Source: Lepidodermella squamata (lineage: Eukaryota; Animalia; Gastrotricha). From it: DNA of 64,000 nt. A program made the position numbers and the translations under genes. Every line of letters starts with the position of its first letter. The stretch's first letter is position 1. Below, piece after piece: positions 25,153 through 39,200 of the stretch. The notes under the pieces were generated by a model. It did not search any database. It had not been told where the DNA came from and worked only from the letters and a program-made list of their open reading frames with translations. The DNA is taken from contig JBLDXI010000004.1 of assembly GCA_047495785.1 (NCBI GenBank), forward strand, positions 1,922,001 to 1,986,000, read 5' to 3'.

Positions 25153-25795
25153 CAGTGCGCGAAGTAGGGTCCTCGAACTAGCGGGTATTTCCAGGCCCTA
25201 GTTTTAAGACCAAAGGGTCCCTCCTGTGGTTTTTTGGGGTTTTTTCCACTTGCCGAACTGGGGTGTACGATACCCCTCATTCCCCGAACAACTCATTGAA
25301 TACCAGCAATTCTTGGTAACATATCAAGAACTGAAGCGATTATTGACATTGGGCTGACAACCAAGATCGGTGGGTTGCTACTGGTCCTCCCCCGACACTC
25401 GGTCCGTCTAGCGTGGGGATAAAAATAAAGACTGCGCTAGGCGGGCTAGGTACACCGGGGTGAATTTTCTTTCATAACTTTTCCTTTCACATCCCACAAT
25501 CCCGAAACCCGAACTCGACTCGGAACAACGGAGCAATCCTACGAACAGAACAAAGCGTCAAGCCAAGCGAACCACCCAAACAAACCAGCTGCAAACCAGT
25601 CACCCAGAATCAAAACGAGTCAATATAACAAAAAAATAATAATAAAATATATAATGATAAACAAATTAATCATAATGATGTATGATAATTTGATGATATA
25701 ATGATATGATGAAATACCTGACTCTGCCCCTGGTCCGAGAGCAACTTTATTTAATGTTGGATGGACTTGAAACAATAAATCTGAAAAACTGCCAC

Positions 25796-27448
25796 AACCA
25801 GGGTTGCATTTCACGCTCCTTTTTCCACGCTCCTTTTTCCACCGCAGTTCCGGGCCTTAGAACTGCACCGGTGTCTTGCGAAGTTTCTAGGTCAACTCGG
25901 GTCACAAATCCCGCGGATACGCTGGGCACGGGGCAAGACTGCGGTGGTGTGGTCGTCCGATTGCTAAAATCTGTGTTGTCGGAAATCCAATTCAAAACTT
26001 TACAGACTCTACTGTAGAGGCCAGGAATGTATCCAGTGCAAAACCCATCGCCATTCGAAATTATGCCAAGCATCGATTATGTCTCGATTTCAAACACACG
26101 AGAGGGCCCCCAGAATCCCCAGAGCAAACGTCGCTGTTGCCTACGGCGGATAGACAAATCTTCGAGTCGGTGATTTTGACAGATTCCGAGCGGCTGCGGG
26201 AATACTCCATTGAGCAATTTCGGTACGACCGAACTTGAAGATCCAGCTTCCTCGGAGTCTCAGACAATCTAGCTGAAATATCAGAGAGCATTAACACGCC
26301 GGAATTTTGTAAATGCAGCATTCATTCGAAAAGGACTGCATAAACGTCACATCCGAATAATCGAGGCGAAATTGTTATTATAAACTAGCGAGAACCCCAC
26401 GTAGATAAAAAGGTGAAGTTAGGGCCCACTCCTGCTCTGCTACTAATATACTAATACTAATACTAGGTCATAAACATGTCGGACGAATAGTCCGACTTTT
26501 TGATCTAATGCTCTAGGTTACCAGCTGGGCCATGCGGGCCTGTGGGCCTCAGAAAATCTCTTCGCACCGGCATTCCCTTCCCTCAATACCTCTTGCCGAG
26601 CTGAGAGGAATGATTCTTCAAAACCAATCCACGCGATATTTGCACACTGCACACAGCATACCAGTTAAGATTTCTTCATAAAGTCTATAAATTTTTACAC
26701 GCTTTCATACTAGGAAAACTGGAACCAAATAAAAATAAATTACTGTGTACATTCATAAATTTTTTCCTTGTACATATAGAAAAAGTATTAGAAAAAGTAC
26801 TAGAAAAAGTATTGGAGCATACTGCTTTTAAAGTAACCCCAGCCAACGGCAACCCCTGAATCGCACCCATCGATCGAATTGGCGTTGACAGGGTTGGCTC
26901 GACACATGGTTCTCGCGTCAGGCAAACAAATCGGCTGCGAGAATCTTGGAAGTGGCGTTGCTAGTCGCAGAAGAGCGAAATCAAAGTCGTATAAATTCTG
27001 ACTGCCGTTGTAAAGTGGATGCACCAAAGGAGGAAGCGACACAAGGGAGTCGTAAGAGCCCGCCTCAGACCGTAAACCGATATTGTGGCGACCTAGTAGC
27101 GCTTTGATACTGTACGAATGAGAAATATACCATCGAACAGGTAAATGAAAACTTCAACGTACAAAGTCGGAGTCTCTCCAGCATCCCAAACGCAATGCGC
27201 AGCTGTAATCAGCCATTGCTTCGAGATGAGGGAAGCTCCGCAGTATTCGGCTGATGTTTCGCCACTTTTGTAAATTTCAAGGAGAACCTGGATCAAACAT
27301 CCTGTTTGTTTAGCATTAAAATGTTAAATCGAAGCAAACCAGCCACGGAAACTCGTGTGCTCCTGCTGGCTGATTGCCTGGCCCTGTTGATTTCGCCGTT
27401 TGTTAAGGGTTCATAGCACCGCATCCGGTCGCCTCATCTTGAGCACCG
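25796..27448 (-). pseudogene. Trypsin-CCP pseudogene copy C (duplicate of the 5' part of copy A)
   Basis: Same translations as 5376-7028. Confidence 0.85.
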
Positions 27449-28710
27449 TGTAGTGTATGCGCAACAAGACAGAAGATAAACTCTCTAGTTTATTGCAAGT
27501 GACTCATCAGCAAGATAGCAACAACAAACATCTCTCTAAGCGCGTATTTATAGTCCATAGAAAGATCCAGACTAGACTCTTTTGGAATATGGCCCAGTGC
27601 CAGTTTGGCCGGATGCCAAAATCGGGACATTGGCAGAATGCCAATCTGGAACATTCTCCACACCTCCGCCGCCACTTTGAAACCAATCTATTTCGAATAG
27701 GTTACAGGTTTCAATGCCCTTAGACGACCATGCTCGCGATCGAGCGGCTGATCTGCCACAGGCTGCTCACCAATCACCTCTCTTGATCGATAAACTCCCC
27801 GCTTCTTCGGGACATCGCCACTTGGCTCAATCTCGGGGATTTCCCCGACTCGGGCTTGCTCGACAGACTGAGGTCCGCTCGCCGGCTCCGGCATCGGCAT
27901 ATCAGGCAACGACACTATTTCACCCTATCTCGGAGCGTCCACGGCTGGGATTCCCATCAATTCATTGGGTTCCGAGTCTTTACTCGTGCGACGAATGATC
28001 AGCGTGTCGACGCCATAATCCTGCGCCACACTCAACCATATAGGTAGCCGGACCCAGAACTTTCGCAATGACGCCTGCAACCCAACGATGATTAGCTTTC
28101 AATCGAAAATCGCGCACCCACACCTCCTCTCCTTCCACGAAGTTTCGCACAGCACCATGTTGCGACTTGGCAGACCATTTGTCGACTTTGTCATTCGAGC
28201 TATGGAAAATCAAATCCAACGGCCACCGCAACTTTTGTCCCAGCAGTGCTTCAGCAGGAGAGATTTGCGTCGTGGTATGTGGCGTATTCCGATAGGTCAT
28301 TAAGAATCGTTGCGATTTGGTCAGACCAAGAATCGACGGCTTGCTTTGTTCGGCCTTCATTGCCCGTTTGAACGTCTTCACAAACCGTTCGACCTCACCA
28401 TTAGTTTTTGGCGAATACGGAGCCGCGGTTATGTGCTGAATACCGTTTCGTTCTACGAAATTTTGAAATTCAATGCTGGCAAAAGCCGGGCCGTAACCAG
28501 CTGTCTTGGAATACCAAATCTCGCAAACAACTGACTCAAACCTTCAATCGTTGACTCCGTTGTAGCACGATTCAAGCGAAGGACTTCTGGCCACTTAGAC
28601 TTCGCATCGACAACCAACAACCAGTAGTAACCCATGAATGGTCCTGCGAAATCTGCATGTAGTCGGCTCCAATTTTCCTCGCAACCGTTGCCAGCATCAC
28701 GAACATAGCA
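27449..28710 (-). mobile_element. Gypsy integrase/LTR remnant (duplicate)
   Basis: Duplicate of 7029-8290. Confidence 0.8.
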
Positions 28711-30064
28711 GTTAAGATCATGCTCTTAAGATGTGTTGAGTCTCGGCTAATACGCGAGTCTTTGCCCCGCTGTTGAAACGATCTAGTCTTCAAGCGTAAA
28801 GTCCCTGAAACCGGGTTTCATGCTTGTTAAGCTGGGAAAACTCGGCTATGTGTAGGGTGAATCCACGATCTTGTCAACCGGGGAGCTCAAAAATAAAATT
28901 GGCATATGCCTCATATATTATATATTTTCAGAAAGCTCGGGATGTGAACTTTCATTTTTTTGCTAAATTTTCTCAAAATTACCCGATTTTCACAACTTTG
29001 ACACTCTGTTACGTAACTCAGTATAGAAGCAAATTTGGGTCAATTTTTCATGTTTTTTGCCCTTAATCTTATTCGAGCCCAGGTGTTTTCAGCTTTCAAC
29101 GACTGGGTAACTATTTCCGACTATATGAGACGAGTGCTTTGCAGGTACCCGCGACCTTGCATGATGTTTCATTACGCAATGACACCATGTAATGTCAAAT
29201 CATGTCAAATTTCTCTGTACGTCACGAAAAAAGTGACATTTCATCGCCAATCCATGGAACCGGGTCCAATCACCCCAAAACGTTTTATTCTCTTCCCCGG
29301 AACCCTCATTAACCTTTTTTGATACTTGGATGCCTGCAGAAAACTCCCAGAGATGAGAAAAGTGCGTGACGTACAGAGGATTTTCTCATCGTGACGTACA
29401 GAGAAATGGTTACCAACGGAACGTTTCTGTTCACCTGAATTGTTCACCTGAATTGTTCACCTGAAAACGATGTTCTAACTCAAAAAGGTTTACTAGGTTA
29501 TCTGTACAATTGAAAAAAACCGTGATTCCTTGAATTTTTGGGGTCTCACAAGTACCTAAAATAAGACCAATGAAACTTGCATGCTTAAGTGTGAAACCAA
29601 GCACAGAATCAGTTAGCTGCTGTCTAATAACGTCGAAAAATACCCAGATGATGATATATGAGCAAGCTACGACGATAGGTAACATCTAAAAAATAGTCCT
29701 CTGTACGTCACGTTAGGACTTCTCTGTACGTCACGGCGTTTTTCGGGTCCCACTATTAAATTATGCATAATTAGCCCTTGTTTTTTACCGGAAAACAAAC
29801 TAGACGTTATAAGCGAATTATGGGATGAAAAATCAAGCCTACAACTGCTTTAATTCAGAGGAAATCAAATTTGCAAAATCGAACCCAAAATCGCTGGATT
29901 TTTTTCTCTGTCTGTCACGCGACTTTGTATCGTCGACCAAGTCACGCCCGTTAAGTCTCCAGCTTAGATTTTGATGGCAAGGACGCAAAAAATCGTCCTC
30001 TTTCCAATGAATATAAATTTATGGGTGTTGAATCGCCTATTCCGCTGCTAGCTCGCTTATAGCA

Positions 30065-31083
30065 TCTCTAAATTCTAAATTCAAATTTATTGGTCCATCA
30101 GTATCAAAAATATAAAAGAACAAGGTAACATAACAAATTCCCTTCTTTCGAACAATATGTACAAAGTGACAGAGATGGCACGCGGTTGCGAGACGACATG
30201 CGCTTGCCGGCGGCAGTGCGCTGAGGACACTAGTGAGCGAGCTAAAGGAATATTTATCGTATACAGAAGAATATATGGATGGGTTAATCAGAACAGAAGG
30301 AGTGCAGCAGGAAGAAAGAGAAAAGAAAGGAGAAGAGGGAACAGGATTATACAAGACAAGACGCACAAGATGTAGAAAGACGGAAGAAACACGGAGCGAT
30401 CACACACCGAAGGTGGGCAGAGGACCCCGAGGAAGCCTGCTGGCGATCATGGCCAGCGGAGACCGGGGCACCGGGTTCGCAGAGAGACGTAGTTGCTCAA
30501 CAGCTTCGCGGATCGGGAGGACGAAGCGGACGGCGTTGTCGGCGTAGCGGCGCTGCGTCTGTTCAAAGAAACGCGGGAGACTTGGGACACCAGCGCGACG
30601 TTCGAGGCCCGTGACTCTGACGCGGTCATCGCGGCGGACGTTCAGTAGAGCCCGGAGGCAATCGTTCTGAAGGACATCAAGGCGCTTGAGTTGCCGCTTG
30701 GGTGCAGTGCAGAAAACGATGTTACCATACGTTGACGTGGTTCGAACGAGACTTAGATACGCGGTTCGGCGCCACCGGCGAGAAAGGCCAGGGGCTCGAC
30801 AGACGCTGCGAAAGTGTGATAAATTGCGAGTGCAGCGGGTGATAACGCGGTCCATGTGGGCCTTCCAGGTCAACTTAGCATCAAGATGGACACCAAGGAT
30901 GCGCATGACTGGGACTTGCGGGATCGCCGAGCCGTCGAGTGTTAGTCGGGCATCGTAGCTGCGCCACGCGAATGGCATCACTTCACTCTTGGAGGCATTA
31001 AACTTTTGCCGCCACTCGTGGGCCCACGCTGATATCCGGTCGATCTCATTCTGGGTAGCACGCTCAGCTTCAGGAAAATCCAC
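30065..31083 (-). mobile_element. Non-LTR retrotransposon 3' fragment (duplicate)
   Basis: Duplicate of 9645-10663. Confidence 0.85.
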
Positions 31084-31728
31084 CCCTCGAGGTGGTGGAT
31101 TTTTCTCTGTAAGTCACTCGTGGATTCACCCTGTAACGTTGTGGATTGTGAAAAGAAGCAAACCCTGGAAATCTCAGCGAACTCACTATGAATTTGTTGA
31201 TGAATTTGTAGTGAAATTGATCACTCATTGTGGAACCGCTGATAAGTTGAACTTCGGCGCGCATTCTGATTGGTCAATTTATCGTTGCTAATGACTCCGG
31301 GATGAAACAATTTAGTCGTGTGATCCACTAATAAATTATTTTATATTTATGCAAAAAATGACCTTGCCACACCCTCTGCAAGGTTTCCATTGACCACGAG
31401 CGTAAACTCCATGTTAATGATGGTAAATAGGTGCAGCAAAAAAACACTTGTTGAACAATTTTTATGGATCGCACGACAAAAATGTTTCATCCGGGAGTCT
31501 AGCAACGATCGATTGACCAATCAGCGTGCGCATTGGGTTGGACTTTTAAGTGGTCACACAATGCTCGTGCACAGTGATCACTAGGCTTTTATCTGTTAAA
31601 TTGAGTAGTTTTAGCTCTTAGTAAACGCGCAAAAATAGTTGAAACAGGAAGCTTTCAGAAACAGACACGCCTGACGATAAAAGTCGCCAACACGTCGCTT
31701 CTAAATCTACTAACATAAAATTTGGAAT

Positions 31729-32574
31729 TTGTCGTATTCGAACTGCACTAATATGGCTATTCTAATGCCAGGCGGGGCTTGGATTATGGCCAACATCCCG
31801 GATCGCGGTTTCAACGGCTCGAGGCCGTACTTCATCGGCTGGTTCCACGATTTGGCAGCTGAGAGCGTTCACGATCGACTTCACTACCGCTCAAATAACG
31901 CTAAGGTAAGTCATTTGCATAGATGTATCTTTACACATTAAACACGATAAATCTCATTCTAAGCTGATGATAATGGCCGTTGTGCTGTTCGCTTTGTGCG
32001 GCTGCTACCCGATCGCATTTATCGTCGAGCCATAGGTATCAATCTCTCGGCTATCAAGAAATCATAATTGCCGGGGTGAACAACAACTCCGCCGTGCCAT
32101 TATGTGGCTCATTCAACTACAAATTCATTCGTTCTTCAGACACTACAGTGGCTATTCTAACTGCACTACCTAGTGGTGGTTCAACTATCATCCTTTGGTC
32201 TCTCCTACAACTACTGGTTTGTCACTAACTTTGTACTTAGATAGTTGTTTTTTCATTCCACCTATTCAGGAAAATGTTCGCTCGGGCTGTTCGCATTGGA
32301 TGGCGGTCGACGCAGCGCAGCATGCAGACCGCGGCCATAGAGACGCAATGGCGGCAGCGGGAAGTGTTTTTCGCAAAGCAATCTATAGCCGCTGTGCTCG
32401 TGTTCAATACATTCCACCTGCCAATGGCCGTGCATTTCGTGTTCCAGCACGACTACTGGAACTGAGGCCCGAGCTACGCTAGCGGCGACCTGCTCAAGTA
32501 CAGCAACATCTGCGTAGCTGGTGAAATGGTCTTTTCGTGCTTTGTCAAAATGGTGAAGCCTGGATTCTCGAAGA
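31729..32574 (+). pseudogene. Opsin-like GPCR pseudogene (duplicate)
   Basis: Duplicate of 11309-12154. Confidence 0.75.
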
Positions 32575-33165
32575 CAGGGTGCACAGGGGTACAGGGGTGT
32601 ACAGTACAGGGGTGCTGGGGAGTCGGCTACACCCCAGCTCCGGGACTGCAACCAGAGGAAGGCTGAAAAAATCCACGGGGGGACCCTTTGGTTTCTTCTG
32701 CTGGGTCATAGAAAACAACTAGAAAACACCTTAGCTCCCGGGTCCTACTTCGCACACTGCTCGCAGAGATTGCCTTTCATAAGAAGAAAGCTTTTTCAGC
32801 ATCAGGTTCGTCCACTGCGGCCGACTCAGATTAAGGTGACTACTACCAAGGCAACGGCCACAACATCTGCCCTAACAACTCGAGAGTCATTGAATACCAG
32901 CAGTTATTGAAATTATATCAAAAAATGCATCGAATCCACAATGAATGCTACGGTTTGGTGAATGTTCGATAACTACAATTGCAGACAGAATACTTTATCC
33001 TCCCAGTTAGAAACTCTTACTCGGATAGACTTTGAAAGAGAATGACGACGAATTTGAGAATGACGAATTCAAAATTCAGAGTGAATAAAAAGGAGCGATG
33101 TTATTTTACACTTGGTAAACATTCGCAAATAGAAGAAAAGATTAATTTGCGTGATTCCGCTGGTT

Positions 33166-34041
33166 TCAACATGACGACTTCACTCGACTTGCTCCTCGCG
33201 AACTCAGCAAATCGGCCGCAGTGGTTTTGTTGTTGCAAATCGCCAAATCAAGAGCCGTTTTGCCTTCTGCATTTGTGACATCCTTCTTTGCACCTCTATC
33301 AAGCAGCAGTCGAGCTACTTCGACTTTCCCATACCAAGCCGCATCCATCAACGTCGTCCAGCCATCGTTATCCTTGGCATCGATGTCAGCGTTGCGATCC
33401 AGCAACAGTCGAGCTACTTCGACTTGCCCCCACCTAGCCGCCAACATCAACGTCGTCCAGCCATCGTTATCCTTGGCCTCGATGGCAGCGTTGCGATCCA
33501 GCAGCAGTCGAACTACTTCGTCGTACCCATACTCAGCTGCAATTATCAACGCCGTCTCGCCGACGTTATTCTTGGCCTCGATGTTAGCTCGGCGATCCAG
33601 CAACAGTCGAGCTACTTCGACTAGCCCACTAATAGCCGCAACCATCAACGCCGTCCAACCAGCGCTATCCTTGGTCTCGGTGGCAGCGTTGCGATCCAGC
33701 AACAGTCGAGCTACTTCGACGTGCTCAATCGCAGCCGCATACATCAACGCCGTCCTGTTAGAGTTATTTTCCTTTAAATTCACATCGGCTCCACGATCGA
33801 CAAACAGCTGAGCGATCTGCAATCGCTGGTCGGATCGTGTCTGATTGCACGTAACACTGTGCAGCAGGGTGCCATTTGTCACTAAATACCCACTACCACA
33901 GTCAATCCCCGTTGGGTTGCGCCAGTTCGGGTCGAATCTGCCGCCTGTGGATCCGTCGATCTCCGCGACGAGCTGCCGCACCTGCGCCACGTCGGCAGTG
34001 TTACTTGTCACACTCCACAACTGTTCGTACACTTCGCGTAC
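33166..34041 (-). CDS. Ankyrin-repeat exon, copy 3; repeats identical to copy 2, N-cap loop different
   Basis: Open frame; same phase-0 acceptor; NPTGIDCGSGYLVTNG versus NPREIDCGGWTTSNG. Confidence 0.9.
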   Translation of the reverse strand, partial: VREVYEQLWSVTSNTADVAQVRQLVAEIDGSTGGRFDPNWRNPTGIDCGSGYLVTNGTLLHSVTCNQTRSDQRLQIAQLFVDRGADVNLKENNSNRTALMYAAAIEHVEVARLLLDRNAATETKDSAGWTALMVAAISGLVEVARLLLDRRANIEAKNNVGETALIIAAEYGYDEVVRLLLDRNAAIEAKDNDGWTTLMLAARWGQVEVARLLLDRNADIDAKDNDGWTTLMDAAWYGKVEVARLLLDRGAKKDVTNAEGKTALDLAICNNKTTAADLLSSRGASRVKSSC

Positions 34042-34238
34042 CTAAATTTTAAAAGACAGAAATTGACATGACGCAAAAGACATGACGCATAGAGATTAGT
34101 ACAAAAAATCTATCAAACACGCTGCAAAAATAATCAACTGCAAAATTATCGTACTTATTAATCACAGACGCACGCTTCGGTTTTTAGTTTAAATGACAAG
34201 TCATTTTGCAGATTTGTTTACTTTGTTTATAAGCCATA

Positions 34239-34480
34239 CCTGATGGCAGTATTGAAATCAGAATTTAAATTCGACTTTCCGCTGAAAAACATTTATCGAC
34301 TGGAATTTAAAATTGAGCTACTGGAACGATTTAGTAACCAACCCATCCTTAATCTCTGTCTGTCAACCGCTTTTTCAACAGAAATAGTGGCTGATTTTGC
34401 CAATATCGATAAAAGGAATCACCTGATAACTTGTCAGCGGAAAATCGAATTCAAATTCTGCTTTCAATTCTGCCATCAGG
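34239..34480. mobile_element. TA-flanked MITE
   Basis: TA-cctgatggcag...ctgccatcagg-TA with about 45-bp imperfect TIRs; paralog at about 13709-17228 is split by an insertion. Confidence 0.8.
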
Positions 34481-36222
34481 TATTGCGTATAAACAAAGAA
34501 ATATCAATATAGCAGCACTGACAATTCAAGAGCACCCTTATCCAATATCCAATCAATCGATAACTGAAATCAGCAATTAACGGGTAAGCAATCATTGAAT
34601 TTATCGGCCCGCCCCCAGCTTCAATCATGAAGTTCTTGGGCTTGAACTACTCGTGGCACCATTGGGAATCAAAATTTAGTATTTACTTTGAGGAGATTTC
34701 ACTAAAATTATATGTGAGTATAAAAATCATTGGTCAGCCTGAGTGGATACATCTTTTTGTCCGAAAGTGCATAAGATCGAGTCCTTTAATAGCAACAAAA
34801 ACTGAGATCAGATTTATCAGAGAGGAAACTCAATGCAAAAATTTTCTAAAAAAGTTGTTGAGTTTTTTAAGAAGGAATTTTAATTCCAAATTATTATCGA
34901 TTGCCTAGAAACTGCATATTTTTGTTTTCCATCGTGAAAACTGACATTGAGCAATATATTGTAAAATCGAAAGTAGTTTTCTTCGGCGACTCACCCCGAG
35001 CTTGACAACTCGAACCTCGTCCGATTAGGTGCTACCAAACAGGAGATATTGAAGTGCGAAAATGTGTCTATTTTTCAAACTGGCAAACCTTTGTTTCGCT
35101 ATATCTCCAAAGTGGGTCAGGGTTTTGGCTGAGCTTTACAGAAATGAAAGTTTGGGATGTGCTCTATCAGATGGTATAAGCCTTGCGGATGGCTTTTGGG
35201 TATAACTCGAGTTATTAAGGCTGAAAGTAGGCATACCCGACCTATGAAACCATCACTTCTGAAGGTCCCGTGACAATTTAGATTGCACCATCGCGTTCAG
35301 CTTGGCCGAATTACCTTTGGTGCTAAGTTTTACATCGCCGAAAATGTTTTACGGTTTGATGATTCTGGGGCGGGGAATAAAATTTGGGTTGATTCTGAGG
35401 GCGCGCTACAATCTACAGGCGCAGTACTTCCATGCCAAAGCGTAATCTCGCTATACAAACAATATGCGCGCGCATACGAGTTGCATAACAAATGCGCGCA
35501 AACATAAATGTACTACGCACTCCAGGTTTTTATAATTGTGAAACAACGGTGCGCCGGGTAACAAAAATAATCGCATATTACTGCTCAGCGCATCAGCGCG
35601 GTCAGTTTGGTATAAGTACGTTTCGGCTTCAATTGAGCCCGTGACTCGATGAGAAAGGCCGCTACGAGTAACAAACTCTACTAAGTACCTTATCGAATAC
35701 AAGCAATGGTTTTCTTTAAGCGGGATCTTTTCACAAAAAGCGCGTATTTTTTAGCGCACTATTCTGCAAAAACTCACTAAACTTCGGCAAAGCGCAAAGC
35801 TTTTCTTCGGTTGTACTTCTTCAAATTAGACTCCCGTTTTTATGGTAAATAGACCTCGCTTTGAACTTCAAAATTGCCAAAATTTAGGCCGATATATGCT
35901 CCGGCCAAGTCTTGACGCGCTCCCGAACCTGAAAAAATTCGCAAAAATAGCTCATTTCCAACGAATTTTTTCGTCGAAGGGTGTGTCGCCGATTTTAAGG
36001 ACAACCGTTCTTCAATTCTCCAAGTGCGCAAAACGCACAAGTCGAAAGTGGTTATAAAATGTGAGCACTCCTTTGTGCCTTGGTTAGTGCGCGCGTGTTG
36101 AGAGAACATTTTTACGCGCGCGCACTGAAATAGCACAAATATTATCAAATTCTCAGCACGCAACGCAACGCAACCGGCGTTCATCCGGTCACGTGATACA
36201 GCGCGAAGAGAGCCGAAGTCTA

Positions 36223-39200
36223 CAGGGTGTTTCAGAACTCGCGCACTATACGAATCGCATGCGGCAAATGCGCGCGCATTGTTATGCATTGTTATGCGCC
36301 TATAGAGTTATACGCGTATACTACTTTACCTATAAAAGTACTACGCACTACTGTAATAAGCATATAAAATATGCGTAAAACACAAATGTACAGCATACAT
36401 AATAGCACTGCCGAGCTATTTTCTGGCGGGAACGTTCGAGCCTCGATAAATTTGAACTGAGTTTCATTAAATATCTTTTTTATTTCGAGGATGATGTCAT
36501 GGTTTTCTGAAACATGCTGATAGATTGGAATCTGAAGCAAGAGGTTTCGAAACAATTTCTCAATTTCCGTGGCTAGATATTTCAGAAACTGATGATTTCT
36601 GAGAAAATTCTGATTTTACTTGATTTTAAATTCGTCGAAAAATTGATGATTGATTAGTTTCCTGCCTTCGCATCATTATTATTTTCACGTTGCGTGAATA
36701 CTAGACTCCGACTGCACAAGTTTAGAAAAAATGACGTAGTTTGAACCACTGGCTTGAGTTCTACATCTAGTAAAGAACGAAAATCAAGATTTCCAGTTCA
36801 TTACGTCGAATAAACGCAGCGATTCCATTTCGTGGATAACTAATCAAAATTGTCACAAAATAACAACCAAGAACATTAGGAGAAAATGATGTACGGTAAA
36901 GACCAAAATACTCATGGCTAGAATTTTCATGATCTCCCGAAAACCCAAGAAAAAGTGAAAAATTGATGTTTTCCAGACTTTAAGCTACTGCATCTCCGAA
37001 AGACCGAGGGTGACAATTGCATTTTTTCATATCACAAGAAAGCCAAAGATGTCCTCTACATGGCTGTTTGGTCGCGCTGAAATTCTATCCACAGGGTTCG
37101 CAAGGAATCGCATGTCAAATGTCACGAAAATCGTCGTAGTTGGGCCGTTTTCGGCCGCAAACGGGTCATCTTTGCGACCCTCCCATTCAAGAACCCGTGG
37201 ATGGAATTTCGATTTCTTGGTATCGCTAGATAGCTAAGCACCCGGTCTACAAGGCTGGTTGGTCGCGCAAAAAGTCTATCCACATGGTTCGCAAGAAATC
37301 GCATGTCAAATGTCACAAAAATCGTCGTAGTTGGGCCGTTTTGAGCCGCAAACGGGTCATCCTTACCTCCCTCCAGTTCGAGAACCCGTGGATGAATTTT
37401 TGATTTCTTGACATCGTTAGATAGCTGAAGACCTGGTCTACAAGGCTGGCGGGTCGCGCAAAAAGTCTATCCACAGGATTCGCAAGGAGACGCGGGTCAA
37501 ATGTCACAAAAATCGTCGTAGTTGGGCCGTTTTGAGCCGCAAACGGGTCATCCTTACCTCCCTCCAGTTCGAGAACCCGTGGATGAATTTTTGATTTCTT
37601 GACATCGTTAGATAGCTGAAGACCTGGTCTACAAGGCTGGCGGGTCGCGCAAAAAGTCTATCCACAGGATTCGCAAGGAGACGCGGGTCAAATGTCACAA
37701 AAATCGTCGTAGTTGGGCCGTTTTGAGCCGCAAACGGGTCATCCTTACCTCCCTCCCGTTCGAGAACCCGTGGATGAATTTTTGATTTCTTGACATCGTT
37801 AGATAGCTGAAGACCTGGTCTACAAGGCTGGCGGGTCGCGCAAAAAGTCTATCCACAGGATTCGCAAAGAGACGCGGGTCAAATGTCGCAAAATTCGTCG
37901 TAGTTGGGCCGTTTTGAGCCGCAAACGGGTCATCCTTACCTCCCTCCCGTTCGAGAACCCGTGGATGAATTTTTGATTTCTTGACATCGTTAGATAGCTG
38001 AAGACCTGGTCTACAAGGCTGGCGGGTCGCGCAAAAAGTCTATCCACAGGATTCGCAAAGAGACGCGGGTCAAATGTCGCAAAATTCGTCGTAGTTGGGC
38101 CGTTTTGAGCCGCAAACGGGTCATCCTTACCTCCCTCCCGTTCGAGAACCCGTGGATGAATTTTTGATTTCTTGACATCGTTAGATAGCTGAAGACCTGG
38201 TCTACAAGGCTGGCGGGTCGCGCAAAAAGTCTATCCACAGGATTCGCAAGGAGACGCGGGTCAAATGTCGCAAAATTCGTCGTAGTTGGGCCGTTTTGAG
38301 CCGCAAACGGGTCATCCTTACCTCCCTCCCGTTCGAGAACCCGTGGATGAATTTTTGATTTCTTGACATCGTTAGATAGCTGAAGACCCGGTCTACAAGG
38401 CTGGTTGGTCGCGCAAAAAGTCTATCCACAGGATTCGCAAGGAGACGCGGGTCAAATGTCGCAAAATTCGTCGTAGTTGGGCCGTTTTGAGCCGCAAACG
38501 GGTCATCCTTACCTCCCTCCCGTTCGAGAACCCGTGGATGAATTTTTGATTTCTTGACATCGTTAGATAGCTGAAGACCTGGTCTACAAGGCTGGCGGGT
38601 CGCGCAAAAAGTCTATCCACAGGATTCGCAAGGAGACGCGGGTCAAATGTCACAAAAATCGTCGTAGTTGGGCCGTTTTGAGCCGCAAACGGGTCATCCT
38701 TACCTCCCTCCCGTTCGAGAACCCGTGGATGAATTTTTGATTTCTTGACATCGTTAGATAGCTGAAGACCTGGTCTACAAGGCTGGCGGGTCGCGCAAAA
38801 AGTCTATCCACAGGATTCGCAAAGAGACGCGGGTCAAATGTCGCAAAATTCGTCGTAGTTGGGCCGTTTTGAGCCGCAAACGGGTCATCCTTACCTCCCT
38901 CCCGTTCGAGAACCCGTGGATGAATTTTTGATTTCTTGACATCGTTAGATAGCTGAAGACCTGGTCTACAAGGCTGGCGGGTCGCGCAAAAAGTCTATCC
39001 ACAGGATTCGCAAGGAGACGCGGGTCAAATGTCACAAATATCGTCGTAGTTGGGCCGTTTTGAGCCGCAAACGGGTCATCCTTACCTCCCTCCCGTTCGA
39101 GAACCCGTGGATGAATTTTTGATTTCTTGACATCGTTAGATAGCTGAAGACCTGGTCTACAAGGCTGGCGGGTCGCGCAAAAAGTCTATCCACAGGATTC

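Larger units (their letters stand above)
25497..33864. repeat. Segmental duplication copy 2 (LINE 3' end, protease pseudogene, Gypsy remnant, LINE, GPCR pseudogene, ankyrin repeats)
   Basis: Matches 5077-13444. Confidence 0.97.
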
